Assembly (NCBI GenBank): GCA_010356995.1 | Contig: ML996690.1 | Span: 871,420-935,419, forward strand | Length of the DNA: 64,000 nt | Source of the DNA: Trichodelitschia bisporula | Lineage: Eukaryota | Reading direction: 5' to 3' | Shown here: in pieces, positions 10,550 to 27,553 of the stretch | How positions within the stretch are numbered: position 1 is the first letter of the stretch | Layout: every line of letters begins with the position of its first letter | The notes under the pieces: generated by a model | Databases searched by the model: none | Told to the model about the DNA's origin: nothing | The model's input: the letters and a program-made list of their open reading frames with translations, nothing else | Program-made: the position numbers and the translations under genes

Positions 10550-12088
10550 TCACACCGCGTCCATGATGGCCCTCGTTGTTAGCTGCTCATTCTTGTTTCC
10601 CAGCTTTGAGATTTGCAAGAACGCGTCCACGCCGTAGCCTTCGAGGCTGTGAATCTCCAAGCTGCCGGCCCAGTATTCAGCATAGATCCTGCTCATGGGC
10701 AAGCCAACACCAAGACGCAAGTTGGGCGGCCGACTTGTCAGTCGGCTGAGCGAGCTGTCGTGCGTCGAGTGACCCTTCTCCTCTTGCGCAAAGTGCTTAT
10801 CCTCATGAGGATGCTCGGAGCGCAACTCCTGCATCGTCGCAGCCAGCTTCGGGACACGGTGCAGGTTCCTCAGCCGAATGTCCTTGCGCGGCCCCTTGCT
10901 GAAGCTCCATAGGTGGGGCAAAATGTCCCTTGGGATGCCGCCGCCTTGATCCGAGATTCTGAACATCACATGCTGCGCAGTCTCACAGATTAAAACCTCA
11001 ATCGGCGGCGGCGTCGCATCCTTGGGCTTGCGCTGCTCGATCACTGCCTGGATGGAATTGCGCAGAAGCTCGCCAATGATGTATTCGAGATGGCTGAGTA
11101 TGTACGGAAAGGTGGCGTCGAAATGGCCTTCGATCTTTATCTCGGGAAGTTGCGTTGACTCGCCGTATGCCTCCTGCATCAAGTTTTTAATAGCGTTGGC
11201 GCAGCCTTCAACGACTTCCTTTGCATTGCAATGTAGAAAGATCTCTCCAACGAATTCGGAATTGGGATCATGCGAGGCTTTGGCATCGGGAAAATGCCAG
11301 GGAGAATGAAAGGTCTCGGTAAGGGCGAGGTGCTGCTCCGCGATTACTCGCCTCGAAATACGCTGCCACTGTCAGGCAGGTCCACATTAGAGCATCGATC
11401 TTACCGATCTTAGCAGTGTCATCATGAACTTGTCTGTTTTTTCTGGCGCCATTTTATCCTGCACTTCGAGCACGCCGATGGCAAGCCGCGGAATCACGGT
11501 GAGATGCTCCCGGAGCGTCTCCTTGACAATCTTACAGAAGCGGTCGTTGTCGTCAAGCGTGAGAATCTCCTGGACGCGCCGGAACCGTTCAAAGGCCCCG
11601 TAGTACAGCTCGTGGACGTGCGAGAAATGCTTGTTTGTGACTACATTATAGGGCAGCGTCTGCATGTCACGCAGACGGTGGGCGATCCTGCAGTGAGTTA
11701 ACAGGGACCCCCATATGCGTCGTAGAAGCATCCATATGGAATGCTCAGTAAACAAAAAGTTACCGACCTCGTGGGTAGCTCAGTCCGAACATAGTTCGCC
11801 GAACTCAGCAGACGCGATTCTGTCAACGTCCGGCCGAAAAAGGTTAACTGCCGCAAGCTAATGGGCTTCGCCTCTCTCCGCACCCAGCTATAACGTCATC
11901 AGCAGGCGGTCAACTACGGTCCAGGTCAGTACGAACTCGTCCAAAGCAACAGACGGACGCCAGGGCGGTCCAGAAGTAGAAAACCGTGCAGCTAGTTTGT
12001 GTTGAGCAGATGGCGACGACGTCAAGGCAGTGCATCGCGACCAGAAAGACCGTCGTGGACTCGCCCGAAGCACTGAACACAAAGCCAT
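10550..12088 (-). CDS. Mitochondrial PDK/BCKDK-family (Pkp2-like) protein kinase, 4 exons
   Basis: Arg/Ser-rich N-terminus; introns 11888-11936, 11688-11767, 11363-11404. Motifs ELPTRIAHR, RISRRVIAEQH, ELLRNS, RISDQGGGI, GVGLPMSRIYAEYWAG. Confidence 0.92.
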
Positions 12089-13200
12089 GAGGGGCCAGGG
12101 GGAGAGCTGCTCGTCCGAACTGTGAAGTTCGGCGTCACACTCGACGGACAGCCAGTGAATTATTGCGATGAAGTGGGGAGGCGCTGGGCTGAGGCGTTTA
12201 CGGTTGGCGGGGACTTCAACAAATGATGATCTTGTGCAGATGTGCAGACAGAGATCGTTATGCACAGCTTGATTTATGCAACAGCGTTATGCGAGGTGAG
12301 AAAAGACTCTTAGGGAAGGAGAATGGGACACAAATGATCAGTTCGGTCCTAGTACAGTAGAGGGATGTGCATGACAAAAAGACGTTGCTGTTACAACGAG
12401 GAAAAGCGCCTTGAATCGTGAACCGTTGACGCACTGTTGTCGCGCAGATTCGCTCACTCTTTTGTCCTTTGCCACTGTCAACTCCCCAGTCTAGCTAGCC
12501 CTTTACCCGTACCTCTTCTCGGCAACACGTCTCGTGGGTTGCATGTGTCTCCCCCGCAGTAGTACCTGAGAAGGAGACAACAAAAGATCTGTTCCAGAGA
12601 GAAAGCGGACAGACGAAAGAGAGAAGAAGAGACAAAATCTGCCAATGACGACTCCCCTCGGACAGTGGCGGCTTTATCCTAGGATAACTGGCCCTCTGCG
12701 CGCAGCCCTGCCCTTGTGTGCCTAGGAAAAGCTCCTCTCCACAAACCTCATTCACCTTTTAGCCGTTCCCCACCACCCAGTGCATCACTCTCCACTCCCT
12801 CCTCCCATTCACGAACCCTTTCCTGCTCACTGGGAGCCGCATGATCATTCATTCTTCCCTATCCTCATAAACCGTTCGTCCGCCTCCTCCTCTGGCTGTC
12901 AGCATCAATCGCCGGCGTTTTTCCCACTTCTGCCTGCTACGCAACTTCCTCCGCCACCCGTCCCATAAGTCAAACTACCCCTCCAAAACTGCTCAAAGCG
13001 ACGCCGCCCTTCCAGCTCTAGTGCAGTTGGTCGTTTGCGCATACACCCGAGGGCCCTTCACTTTCTGGCGCCTCACCTCTCCGAACCGATCTTAGTCCAT
13101 TTCCTGCGGGCGCGCTTCCGCAGTCCAACCGCCTACCCCCGCCATCCCCCTGCGGGGCTCGAGTTCACGATCTCAAAACTAGCCCGCCGACACCTTCACA

Positions 13201-16949
<3,749 letters not shown>

Positions 16950-17467
16950 CGGGAGCTTTATTGCTTTTGTCGCAGGATACCGCTGAGTTCTCGTCGCTTT
17001 AACTTGGGCGCTTGGAATTCGGAAGGGTGGTGTATTCTAGGTATCCATACCACTGTGAAATATCAAGCATGGACGGCGTTCCAGGCCCGGCCAGTGTGGA
17101 TTCGGCTATGTTACGTTGGCTTGATGATGACCTTGGTTGTGAGATCCATGTCGGCTGTCGAATTAGACTGAATCAGAATGTTACGGCCTTGAATGTATAC
17201 GGATTGTTGCGAACTCATGTTGTCTCATGTGATGATGGAGATGAAATGAACCTTGATGTTCTGAGCACCGGCATAGTTGTTGACACCCTGGTCTCCATCC
17301 CTGCCAGTAGTTGCTGTTAATTGGTTCCCGATCGCCCCGCCCCTACCCCCGGCGTCCGCCTCCTTTTTGCCCCAGATAGCGCCCGAAGATTATCCGTTGC
17401 TACGTCGAACCTCCCCAGAAAAGTCCACGACACGCTTTCGCGACAGGAGTCCATCCACAACTTCAAC

Positions 17468-18202
17468 ATGCGGTCATCCATACTCGCGGCCGGTATTGCG
17501 GCCTTGTATGCTGTCACTGCCTCCGCTACGGCACTCACATACAAGCTGCAGCCCAACGAGAAGTCATGCTTCTACACGCAGGTTACGCAGCGCGGCGCGA
17601 AGGTGGCCTTTTACTTCGCAGTATGTGTCCCCCGATGAGATTAAAACATGGCTGATGACATGTTAGGTGCAATCCGGTGGCTCGTTTGATGTTGACTACT
17701 CGGTTGTTGGGCCCAGCGCGCGTATTATCATGGAGGGCTCCAAGGAGCGGCAGGGTGACTTCGTGTTCACGGCCAACGACGTGGGCGAGTACCGCTTCTG
17801 CTTCAACAACGAGATGTCAACCTTTGCGGACAAGACTGTGGATTTTGAGATTGCTGTGAGTACTTTGTAGAGCTCACTGGTCCACTCCCCCCCACTGACG
17901 CGCGCACGCAGGTCGAGAACGAGAGCCGCGCGCAGATCCCCTCCAAGCAGGGCTCGTCACCAGAGCAAACTTCCGTGCTCGAGGAATCCATTATAAAGCT
18001 GTCGAGCCAGCTGTCGACCATCCATCGCAACCAGAAGTACTTCCGGACACGTGAGAACCGCAACTTCAGCACGGTGCGCAGCACGGAGCGGCGCATTTTC
18101 AACTTCAGCATCATTGAGAGTTTGATGATGGTCGCGATGGCAGGGCTGCAGGTGTTCATTGTACGCTTCTTCTTCCAGGGCGCGCGCAAGGGTTATGTGT
18201 GA
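17468..18202 (+). CDS. p24/emp24/gp25L cargo receptor (gamma-type, Erp3-like), 3 exons
   Basis: Signal peptide; GOLD motifs KSCFY and GEYRFCFNN; QKYFRTRENRNFSTV; TM; tail FFQGARKGYV. Introns 17621-17666, 17856-17911. Confidence 0.93.
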
Positions 18203-18751
18203 GGTATCCGGGCGATCGCCGGTAGGCGTTACGGGTTTACGATGCATGTGGTTCGGTCGGCGCGCTGTTTGGATGGTGACTAGGTTGAACGACAGTGATC
18301 GGGGATGGGTCGATGCATCCGGTGTACATTCAGTGGATGCAAGCTTAATTTGATATCCAACAGATTTTCAGCATGCTTTGTGTCGACGGATTACTTCTTG
18401 GAGCTGGCTACTCGTGCACCTTCACTTTTCAGGGTTCGCACCACGGATACTACCACGAGGGCCCCTCGGCGCACTCCACACCTCCACACCCCGCCCATGT
18501 GATTCACTGTCTATTCACAGTAAACCCAACAACGTATAAATAGTATGCCATGTGATTTCATCGGTACGCGACAGACATACTATCGAGTATGAGTATCCAC
18601 TGATGCCAAACTGCCCAGTTCAGCGAAGGCTTCCGCACGAGACACAGTGATTGGTCTCCTATCAGCAATTTTTGTACTCTCAAAAGGACTCCTGTCCCAA
18701 TAGTCTACCGACGTATACCCTTTTCTCGCTGCAGACCTTCGTCTTCTCGCC

Positions 18752-20204
18752 ATGGGCGATCTCGCTGCCGGAAAGATCTCATTAGTTCCGTTCGTCAGTA
18801 GCCTCCCTCAAACCACAGGATGCATCGGTATTAACCCATTACTTCTAGGCCGGAAGAGCCTTTCCCGAGCTTCATATCCCATTAATCCCGAAGAGTACCT
18901 ACGAAGTGTTCGTTAAGGATTCCGTCGAGGTACTTCGTGACTACTACCCAGTGGTCTACGCCCCACCAATGAACCCCAATGGTGACCTGTACCCGAACAT
19001 CACGGTTCTTGTTCAGGACAATCCCAATGATCCATTCGACGAGACCTTTCTCTCCCGCCGCACCGCCTTAGGTGCTAAGTTCAACACGCCTTTCGACGGC
19101 CGCACCCAGTCTTTCGCCATTCCCATGCCGCCATGGCTAGTTCCCCTCCCCGTTCCAGTTGGCAATGAACTGGCAGTTACCATGAAGTCCAAGGAAGATC
19201 TCTTAGAGGAAGAGGAATATGAGGAGCGCATTCTGGGTGACCTAGACGACTCCGGCTACTGCAGCGAATACAACCCATATGGCGATTACGGGGCGAACCG
19301 GTCTGGCGAGTTCATTCAACTCGACGTTGTTTACGAGGATCCGAACATTCTGCAGTGGACCAAGTTCACCCTCGCCTGGGAAGATATCGCAACAATCCTC
19401 GGTGTGCTTCTGAAGCCTCTTGGACTCATCATCAACGACCATGGGCTCTTCCTTCGCGATGAGAAATACGAGCGCTTCTTCGGACCCGGCCGCGCCGTCT
19501 ACTTCCTCACATCCGACCCAGACGAGATGATGCACTTCATCGGTCTTGACCCTGATCACTACAAGCGCGGGTTCGAGTCACAAGAGGAGATTTTCGCTTG
19601 GATCGCTGAAGGCGATCTCATCCCGCCTACCGGACTGCCACTCAATATACACTGTGAGGTATATGATCAAAGTTACTTGTGGAGCGAGGCCGAGCGCAAG
19701 GTGCTTCAGAACCGGCCGATGTTCGCTGCCTTCTTTGGCGAGTTCGTGAGGAATGGGCCTCGTCTCACAGAGATCCTTCGCCGTTCGTTCGACCAGGGGT
19801 TGACGCATAATGCCGTAGTTGAGTTCGCGGTCGCTACTTTCCCGAAGGCGAGCGACGAGCGCACGAAGCTGGCCAAGGTTTATAACCTGCGCATGCGTGG
19901 CGAGAAGCGCCTCAAGTCCCTCGCTCATCAAGTGGCTCAAAAGTGGGATATCAAGAACCACGGCGCCAACGGCTTCATGCGCTGGATCGCTTGCGAGGAG
20001 GGGAAACTCCGCGTTAAGCGGATGAAGGAGGCTCTAATCATCGGCCCGGACGAGCAGATCATAGCTCCACGATGGCTTTGCAAGTGCAATGACTATACCT
20101 TCCAGTATATTGTCCGCTGGCTCAAAGAGAACATCCAGCATATCTGTGACATGGAGCTCAAAGTCCATCAGCAGAAGGAAGCGGCAATGGCTCACAACTG
20201 GTAG
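18752..20204 (+). CDS. Hypothetical protein resembling an uncharacterised fungal nucleotidyltransferase-like family, 2 exons
   Basis: ATG 18752; intron 18794-18848 (GTCAGT...TTAAC...TAG) splices in phase to AGRAFP. Segments FIQLDV, ILGVLLKPLGLIINDHGLFL, LTSDPDEMMHFIGLD, GFESQEEIFAWI, RPMF. Confidence 0.7.
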
Positions 20205-21570
20205 GAGGACGGTACTCTTATACACTGTCGGCGGTGGATCTAGATGCCGACATTTCATATACTAGCGGCTCAAAGTGATTTCTTTTTCTCTTGACGTGGT
20301 TCTACCGTATAGTTCGTAGTGAACTTTTAACCACCAATGGATGCATCTTCACATCTGGGTTGACTACGCTTGCATTCCCGCTACGCCTACTACCGTACAA
20401 GGGCGTGAAGGGGTACTCAGTTCCCATGTAACACATGCTAGATATGTCCTCATGCCGCTCGCGCTTAACTATCTTTACTGGCGCACATCAAGCGAGCCGC
20501 CTCTCCCCACTCGTGCCCCACGTACCAGCCGCTCGCGTCATTGCCCAGGCGGCTACCACGATGTTGAGCGGGGCGCGCCGTCGGAAGCGCATCCACTCTG
20601 CAGATAAATCGCCGACTCCTTTATCTATTTACAGCGCTACTGTGAGGTTCAATATCACTGCGGAGAATGTTGACGGGTGACGGCTGCGACCACGGTCCGG
20701 GGCGAGTATTTGTGTGCAGTAGACGGGATGGCGTGCCCAGCGCCTAGCAGCGGCGCGCGAGCCGCATCGCGGTCTTTTTGGGAGTGGGATGAGATGATGT
20801 GATGTGATGTGTGGATGGGTTGAGGGATCTTTTGAGATTGTTTATCCTGCCCTATCATGTCTATACTGGGTGTCATTCATAGCAATCGATAGCAGACGTG
20901 GGTTATGGTTGTCACTGGCAAAGAGCATGGAGATCTCAGCTTGCCCTCGCCCGTTGGGCGGCTCGGTAGGTCAAGGCGTCGTTGTCGTCTCCGCCCAACA
21001 ACTGCCCAAAGAGGTGTAGCCTTGAGACCATAGGGCGGAATGCAGTCTTGTTTCTCAGCCTTTTCTATGCTTTTGCTTTTGCTTCGCCTGTTTCGCATCT
21101 TTTTACTTCGGGTGCAGCAAAATACGAGCACGTGGAATCTCGCTTTGCATCCTTTGGGTTCCGCGGTTTCCAAGGAGATGCAGATGCTCGGGTGTGATGC
21201 TGGTCTGCGCGGGGTGGATGGGGCGGGGGTTGTCGCGGGGACGTGCTTGCGCTTGAGCACTGATACCGTAGAGATTCGAGTTGTGCTGCTTCTCGTTGAG
21301 ATGGAGGATGTCGCATACATTCTACTTCTGTGCACGGTGTACGGATGTACTGAAGCCTGTCCATCTCATAATGCTTCCTTAGCTTCTAAACAGACTGGCA
21401 ACCGATACCACCATGCAGCTCAACCGATCGTATCTACATCCGTACCCACGATGCCTCAGCCGTCAACAGCCAGTGGCGCATTGTCCGGCCCAATTTCAAC
21501 GTTGAGCTAGACAGGGATGGTGGGTGAAGAGTGGGAGGTTGAAGGTGATAAGCTGAAGTGGCGGGGGAAG

Positions 21571-22237
21571 AGGGGCGTGGAGGGTGGAGGGCGGAGAGTG
21601 GAGAGTGGAGGAGACAATGGGTTGCTTGGATTGTTCCTTCAAACTTTTTTCTGAGTTCGCCACTTGCAACACTGAAGAGGAATTGAAATCTCTGCAGTTG
21701 TCGTCTCTCGTCTTCTGTGTCCTGTGCTACCCTATCCTATCCTCTATTCCCTTCTCTTCCAGCGTTACATTCAATTGACCCAACATTGCTATCCTCCTCT
21801 TCTTGCGTTGCCCTTTGGCCCTTGTGCATAACATCAACACAGACCAGCCCACCTACCACACCCTCCCACTCCAGTGACGTAGGGCCTGCAGGGGATAATC
21901 CCTACCCTCTCTCGAGTCTCCCCTGTGCCTCTTGTCGACAAGAGCGGAGAAGAGGACGGAGAAGACGCAACACTGTGCATAAACTAGAACTACTACGGTA
22001 GCACCTCAGAGGAAGACCAAAAAGTACGCGACCATCAGAGAAGATCTTCACGTTTTTCCGCTCTCTTCCCCTCATTTGTTGCCCTGAAGTCCCGTCATCT
22101 TCATCATCCATTTCTTCCCCCCCACCCCCGAGGTTGCAAGCTTGATCAGCTCCACCTCCCGCTCCTCCACAGCTTCCGGTCCCCCAGCTCTTCCACTTCT
22201 CCTCATTTCACACCCTTCCTTAACCTTTTGATCCCCT
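21571..22237 (+). promoter_or_regulatory. Putative glycogen synthase upstream elements: five SYGGRG motifs at 7-bp period and five STRE (AGGGG/CCCCT) motifs
   Basis: GTGGAG/GCGGAG at 21577, 21584, 21591, 21598, 21605. AGGGG at 21571, 21890; CCCCT at 21920, 22068, 22233. Short motifs; function is inferred. Confidence 0.4.
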
Positions 22238-22313
22238 TCTCCCATTCCAGTCCCCAGTATAATCGGATCCTTCGAGCAATTGTCGAATTCCCTGCGCTAG
22301 CATTGAACCGTAG

Positions 22314-22410
22314 GTACATTCCTCGCCGGTTCCACTGTCCGGATCCGTGTTTGGCGCCAAACCCAAGGTTTAAATCCAACTTTGCGCTCATCTGCTGACC
22401 CTCAACACAG
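22314..22410 (+). other. Probable 5'UTR intron of glycogen synthase
   Basis: AG|GTACAT donor, GCTGAC branch, ACAG acceptor 28 nt before the ATG. Confidence 0.5.
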
Positions 22411-22438
22411 CTTCTTTCGCTCTCGATACGCAGTCGTG

Positions 22439-24814
22439 ATGGCGGATCCTCAAGTGCGAGACGTTGCAAACCATGTCCTCTTCGAGATTGCAACCGAGGT
22501 TGCCAATCGAGGTGCGCGCTCTTTTTCTGTCCCATCTCCTGCAGCAATTGCTAACTACTCTCCCTAGTCGGTGGCATCTACTCCGTCCTGAAGTCCAAAG
22601 CCCAGGTCACGACCGCGGAGTATGGCGCCGCATACACGTTGCTCGGGCCGCTCAATCGCGCCTCTGTACGAGACTCATATTTCCTCCATTCTGCGCAAGC
22701 TGACTCCTTCAGGCATCGGTTGAAGTCGAAGAGCTTACTCCCAAAGATCCCGCCTTGGTTGAGACGATTAAGTCTATGAATGAGCGCGGGATCATCACAC
22801 TCTACGGGCGCTGGCTGATTGACGGCGCACCTCGCGTGCTGCTGTTCGACACGGGCTCGGCGTACCGCTTTCTTGACGAGTGGAAGGGCGATTTGTGGGC
22901 CAGTGCGGGCATTCCTTCCCCACCGGGAGACCACGAGACCAACGAGGCCATTGTGTTCGGCTACCTGATTGCCTGGTTCCTGGGCGAGGTATGTTTTGCA
23001 AGGGAAATGAGTACACGGCTAACGGCAGCAGTACGTGGCGCACGACACGAAGCGTGCCGTGGTTGCGCAGTTCCACGAATGGCTGGCTGGCGTTGCGATC
23101 CCTCTCTGCAAGAAGCGCCGGATAGACGTCACAACTATCTTCACCACTCACGCGACGCTTTTGGGGCGCTATCTCTGCGCCGGTTCGGTTGACTTTTACA
23201 ACAACCTGCAGAACTTTGACGTTGATGCTGAGGCGGGCAAGCGCGGTATTTACCACCGGTACTGCATTGAGCGTGCCGCGGCACACTCTTCCGACGTCTT
23301 CACAACCGTCTCGCATATCACAGCCTACGAGAGTGAGCACTTGCTCAAGCGGAAACCCGACGGTGTGTTGCCGAACGGCTTGAACGTCAAGAAGTTTGCG
23401 GCCACCCACGAGTTCCAGAACCTGCATCAACAGGCGAAGCAAAAAATCCACGACTTCGTTCGCGGGCACTTCTATGGGCACAATGATTTTGATCCCGAGA
23501 ACACGCTGTACCTCTTTACGGCGGGGCGCTATGAGTACCACAATAAGGGTGTCGACATGTTCATCGAGTCGTTAGCTCGCCTCAACCATAAGATGAAGAG
23601 CGACAACTCTCCCATGACGGTGGTCGCCTTCATCATCATGCCAGCGCAAACGCAGTCGCTGACGGTCGAAGCTCTCAAGGGTCAGGCAGTGATCAAGTCA
23701 TTGCACGACACGGTCAACCACATTGCACAGAACGTGGCGAAGAAACTGTTCGAGCGGTCGCTCACGTGGCACGAGGGCGGTGAGCTCCCCGAAGACAAGG
23801 AGCTCGTCTCGGCTGCCGATAAGGTCATGCTGCGCCGGCGTCTCTTCGCCATGAAGCGCCACAATCTTCCGCCGATCGTGACGCACAACATGGCTAACGA
23901 CGCTGATGACCCCATCCTCAACCAGATCCGTCGCTGCCAGCTGTTCAACCACCCGTCCGACCGTGTGAAGATTGTCTTCCATCCGGAGTTCCTGAACTCT
24001 AGCAGCCCGATCATGCCACTGGACTATGACGACTTCGTGCGCGGTACCCACCTTGGCGTGTTCCCCTCATACTATGAGCCATGGGGTTATACGCCGGCGG
24101 AGTGCACTGTGATGGGCGTACCAAGCATTACGACCAACCTGTCCGGCTTCGGGTGCTACATGGAGGAACTGATTGAGAATGCGCAGGACTACGGCATCTA
24201 TATCGTCGACCGGCGCATGAAGGGTATCGACGACTCCGTCAACCAGCTGACGGACTACATGCTCGAGTTCACGCGCAAGAGCCGGCGCCAGCGTATCAAC
24301 CAGCGTAATCGCACGGAGCGTCTGAGCGATCTTCTCGACTGGAAGCGTATGGGCATGGAGTACGTTAAGGCGCGGCAGTTGGCACTGCGGCGAGGTACGT
24401 TCTCACTTCGGTTCTAACTATCTTATACTTCGCTAACCTTTTAATAGCGTACCCCAAGTCTTTTGAGGATGACGCCGAGGAGTCGGATTTCTTCAGCACT
24501 GACATCAAGATATCGCGGCCGTTCTCGGCGCCTAGCTCGCCGCGGAGTCGCTCCGGCTACGTTACGCCGAGTGGAGTCATGACACCCGGCGATTTTGCGT
24601 CGTTGCAAGAAGGACGAGAGGGGTTGAGCACGGAGGATTACATTGCGTGGCGTTTGCCGTAAGTTGCCTTCACCCATCAGATTCCGAATAGTGGCTAATG
24701 TCATGCAGTGAGGAAGAAGATCCCGAAGAGTATCCGTTCCCGCTTACCCTCAAGTTTAAGAAGCCGTCGGCGCCGTCATCCCCGGCCCTGAATGGCTCAA
24801 ATGGCTTCCAGTAA
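22439..24814 (+). CDS. GSY1: Glycogen synthase (GT3), 6 exons
   Basis: [56 protein letters not shown]-terminal phosphosite region [10 protein letters not shown]. Introns 22512-22567, 22666-22712, 22989-23031, 24395-24447, 24659-24708. Confidence 0.97.
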
Positions 24815-26396
24815 GGTATTTCTCGAGGAGTTGTGCAGCATTGGATCCGTTTGCATCGAGCGTTTGCTTTGCAGGTTGATGTGAGGTTGTATGCGGGTCG
24901 TGAAAGAAAGAGCAGGGAGACGGAAGCAATGCCCCAACCCTCTCATGGTTCGATAATCATTGCGTTGTGTCTTGTGCTCTTTGTTGCCTTGTTGGTGGTC
25001 GCGTAAATGTGGGTCGTGGGGTCTTGTTGTAGTGATGGCATTTCGCTGGAGGGTGTGTCGAGGGTGAGCGTACGATGGGTGTTGCGGAAAGCACTAAGAA
25101 TGTCTAATTTGTGTTTGTACATGCGATTCTCATATCTCGTGATAGCTTGATCTTGTACCGCCTTAATGTCGCCATTTCACCCCCATCGGACCGATTTACC
25201 AGAAAAGTACTCTGACCCCTCCTATACCCTCAGCTCATCTCATCCCTCGAAATCTTCATCGTGTCGCTCTTCACCCTATGCCATTCGGTCAAAAAACCTA
25301 GGTGCGAAAAGAACTGTCGTGACCTCGTGCATATGGTAGACATGGCGGGGTGCCCATCTAGCCACTTGGCCCAGGCCCCTCCCATGCGGCCCGTCCCGTT
25401 CAGCCCAGCCTCGCACCGCCACACCCTAACCCTCGCGCAAGGCTCCGACTTCCCGCGTGCAAACGTGATAGCCACACAACCTAAATCAAGGGCCACCACG
25501 GGAGGGCGGGGCATTCGCAATAGCAAACGCAAGCATAATGCCAGCGTGTCAAAGCCTCCGCTTCCTGAGCCCTTTTCCCCGGATCTACAAGGACATTCAT
25601 GGTTACCCGTACTCTATCGCTCACTGTAGAATTTGAGCTCGCCTGCTTTGCTGATGGAGGGTACACTAAATTACCTATTCGGTCTGACCACCTGTCTCTA
25701 AGTGGTATGACGTGTATAGGTAGCGCTTTCTTGAGCCTCAACCCAAACCCTACCGCTTAGTTTACCCTTCACTTAGCGTTCCATATCATATCATCGCGCG
25801 TCGGACCATGGAGCAGGCTCAATCTGGGCCTGACTAGTGGCCGACCCAAGGTCTGCGATATAATCCCTCAACTCGCGAAAACTCCCTCGGAGCATTATGC
25901 GAGTTCTAGCTTCACTGCGTGACGTGGGCAGTGATAAAGAAACGGAACGAGCTGCGGAGCAAATGCAACGCAAGATCCAGCACATCATCATGCATGTATA
26001 TACAAATCCGGTAATGTGCCTGTCCAACAAACGTCGAAATGTCTGTTAACAGGACCCAGAGACCCTTTTAGCGACATTACGAAGATATCCAAAGGATGGC
26101 CCAACGGCTTCGTCCTTTGGACGCTATGCGCTCATCGACCCGCCGTCCCAATTCACCTCAGGACCCAGGTAAATCTCCCTTATAATGGCTCCAAGAATCC
26201 TTTTCCAAACTTCCTACCACCACTCCATCCAACACAGCACTTGCACACATCGCCATCACCACTGTTTCCGTGCATCCCAAACACCACCTCAGTCACTCCG
26301 ACACCACTGCTCAAGCATCAACCCTACAGCGCCCTCACAGCTACGTTTCTCTAGTTGTAGTCTACTTCATCCCCGTTCTTTCAAACGGTGACTGCG

Positions 26397-27553
26397 ATGA
26401 AACCCACACCTTCCATCAAGATGCCCGGTGAGGTGCCCACACGCTACCAGTGCGCTTGCAATGAATGCCCTCGCAAGCTCAGCAATATACCCTTTGACAT
26501 TGATGTCGTTAGCAGAGTGGATACCTCGACTGTGGTCGAAGGCTTTGAGGGCCCAACGCTCAAGCTCCTCCCACCGCTACCTCCCCGGGCCAAATCGAAG
26601 ATTGTCATTACCGGACTGTGGCCGGATAATGCCGCTGAGGATTATACCTATGACGAGTCCGAGCTCCAGTACAAGCGCCTTGCCTCCAAGCGCTGGTACA
26701 TGAGACGCCTCGACAATGTCATCCATCGTATGGAACACAAGCGGGAGCTGCGTCGGGGCGGCGGCGAGGTCGGCGATACAGAAGAGTCCAATTCGGAAGA
26801 ATCCAATTCGGACAGCTGTAGCGAGCAGCAATACGTTCATAAAGACAAGAAAAAGGTGGCTGCCCGACTGGAATTTCGCACAGATAACAAAGTTGACATG
26901 AAAATGATGGATCCGGGGGCTCGGAAGCAGTATCTCACTCACTGCTTGAACGGTGCCGAGTCGTGTGCTATAGAGTCGGCATCAGTGATGACTGCTCCCT
27001 GCAACGGGATAAAAGAGACTCGCCCCTGCTTGCGTAAGTTTATACACACTCTAGGGCCTCCGAAGTTCCTCGGTCGTGCCTTTCCCACAAATAGAAGTCT
27101 CCACATGCTAATGATATACCAGAGGACCAGCACTGGCCCCAGAGCAGGAAGGCACGCCCAAAGCCACTCGAGAAAATAGTGTTCAAGCGCCAGCCTGTGG
27201 TGGTCAATCCAGCCATGAGAAAGCCCCTCGTCGACTGGAGCAAGGCGAAGTCGCCGCATCGGCCGCGTCGGCCGCGCCGGGAACTCCAGGCACCGGGATA
27301 TGTACCGCTCGAGAGTTACGAGGAGGAACTGATGTGCCCTCCGCCGGATCTCTCCCTTGGATCATTCTCACTTCCCGATCTCGACGCGGCTTCGGAGCTG
27401 TCTCGCATCGCTGCGGCCTCCCTGACGCCGCTCCTCGCTCCCACCCCTTCGGGAGTTCGTGCTTCGATCAATCAGTGTAAGATTCCTCTCTTCTGCCTCC
27501 TTTTTCCAACTAACAGAATTCTCAGGCACTCGGCAAGATTCGCTCTGCTCTGA
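26397..27553 (+). CDS. Hypothetical orphan protein, probably 2 or more exons
   Basis: ORFs 26388-27179 and 27179-27553 join in frame through intron 27034-27122 (GTAAGT...GCTAAT...CAG). A further intron from 27477 is possible. No recognised domain. Confidence 0.5.
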
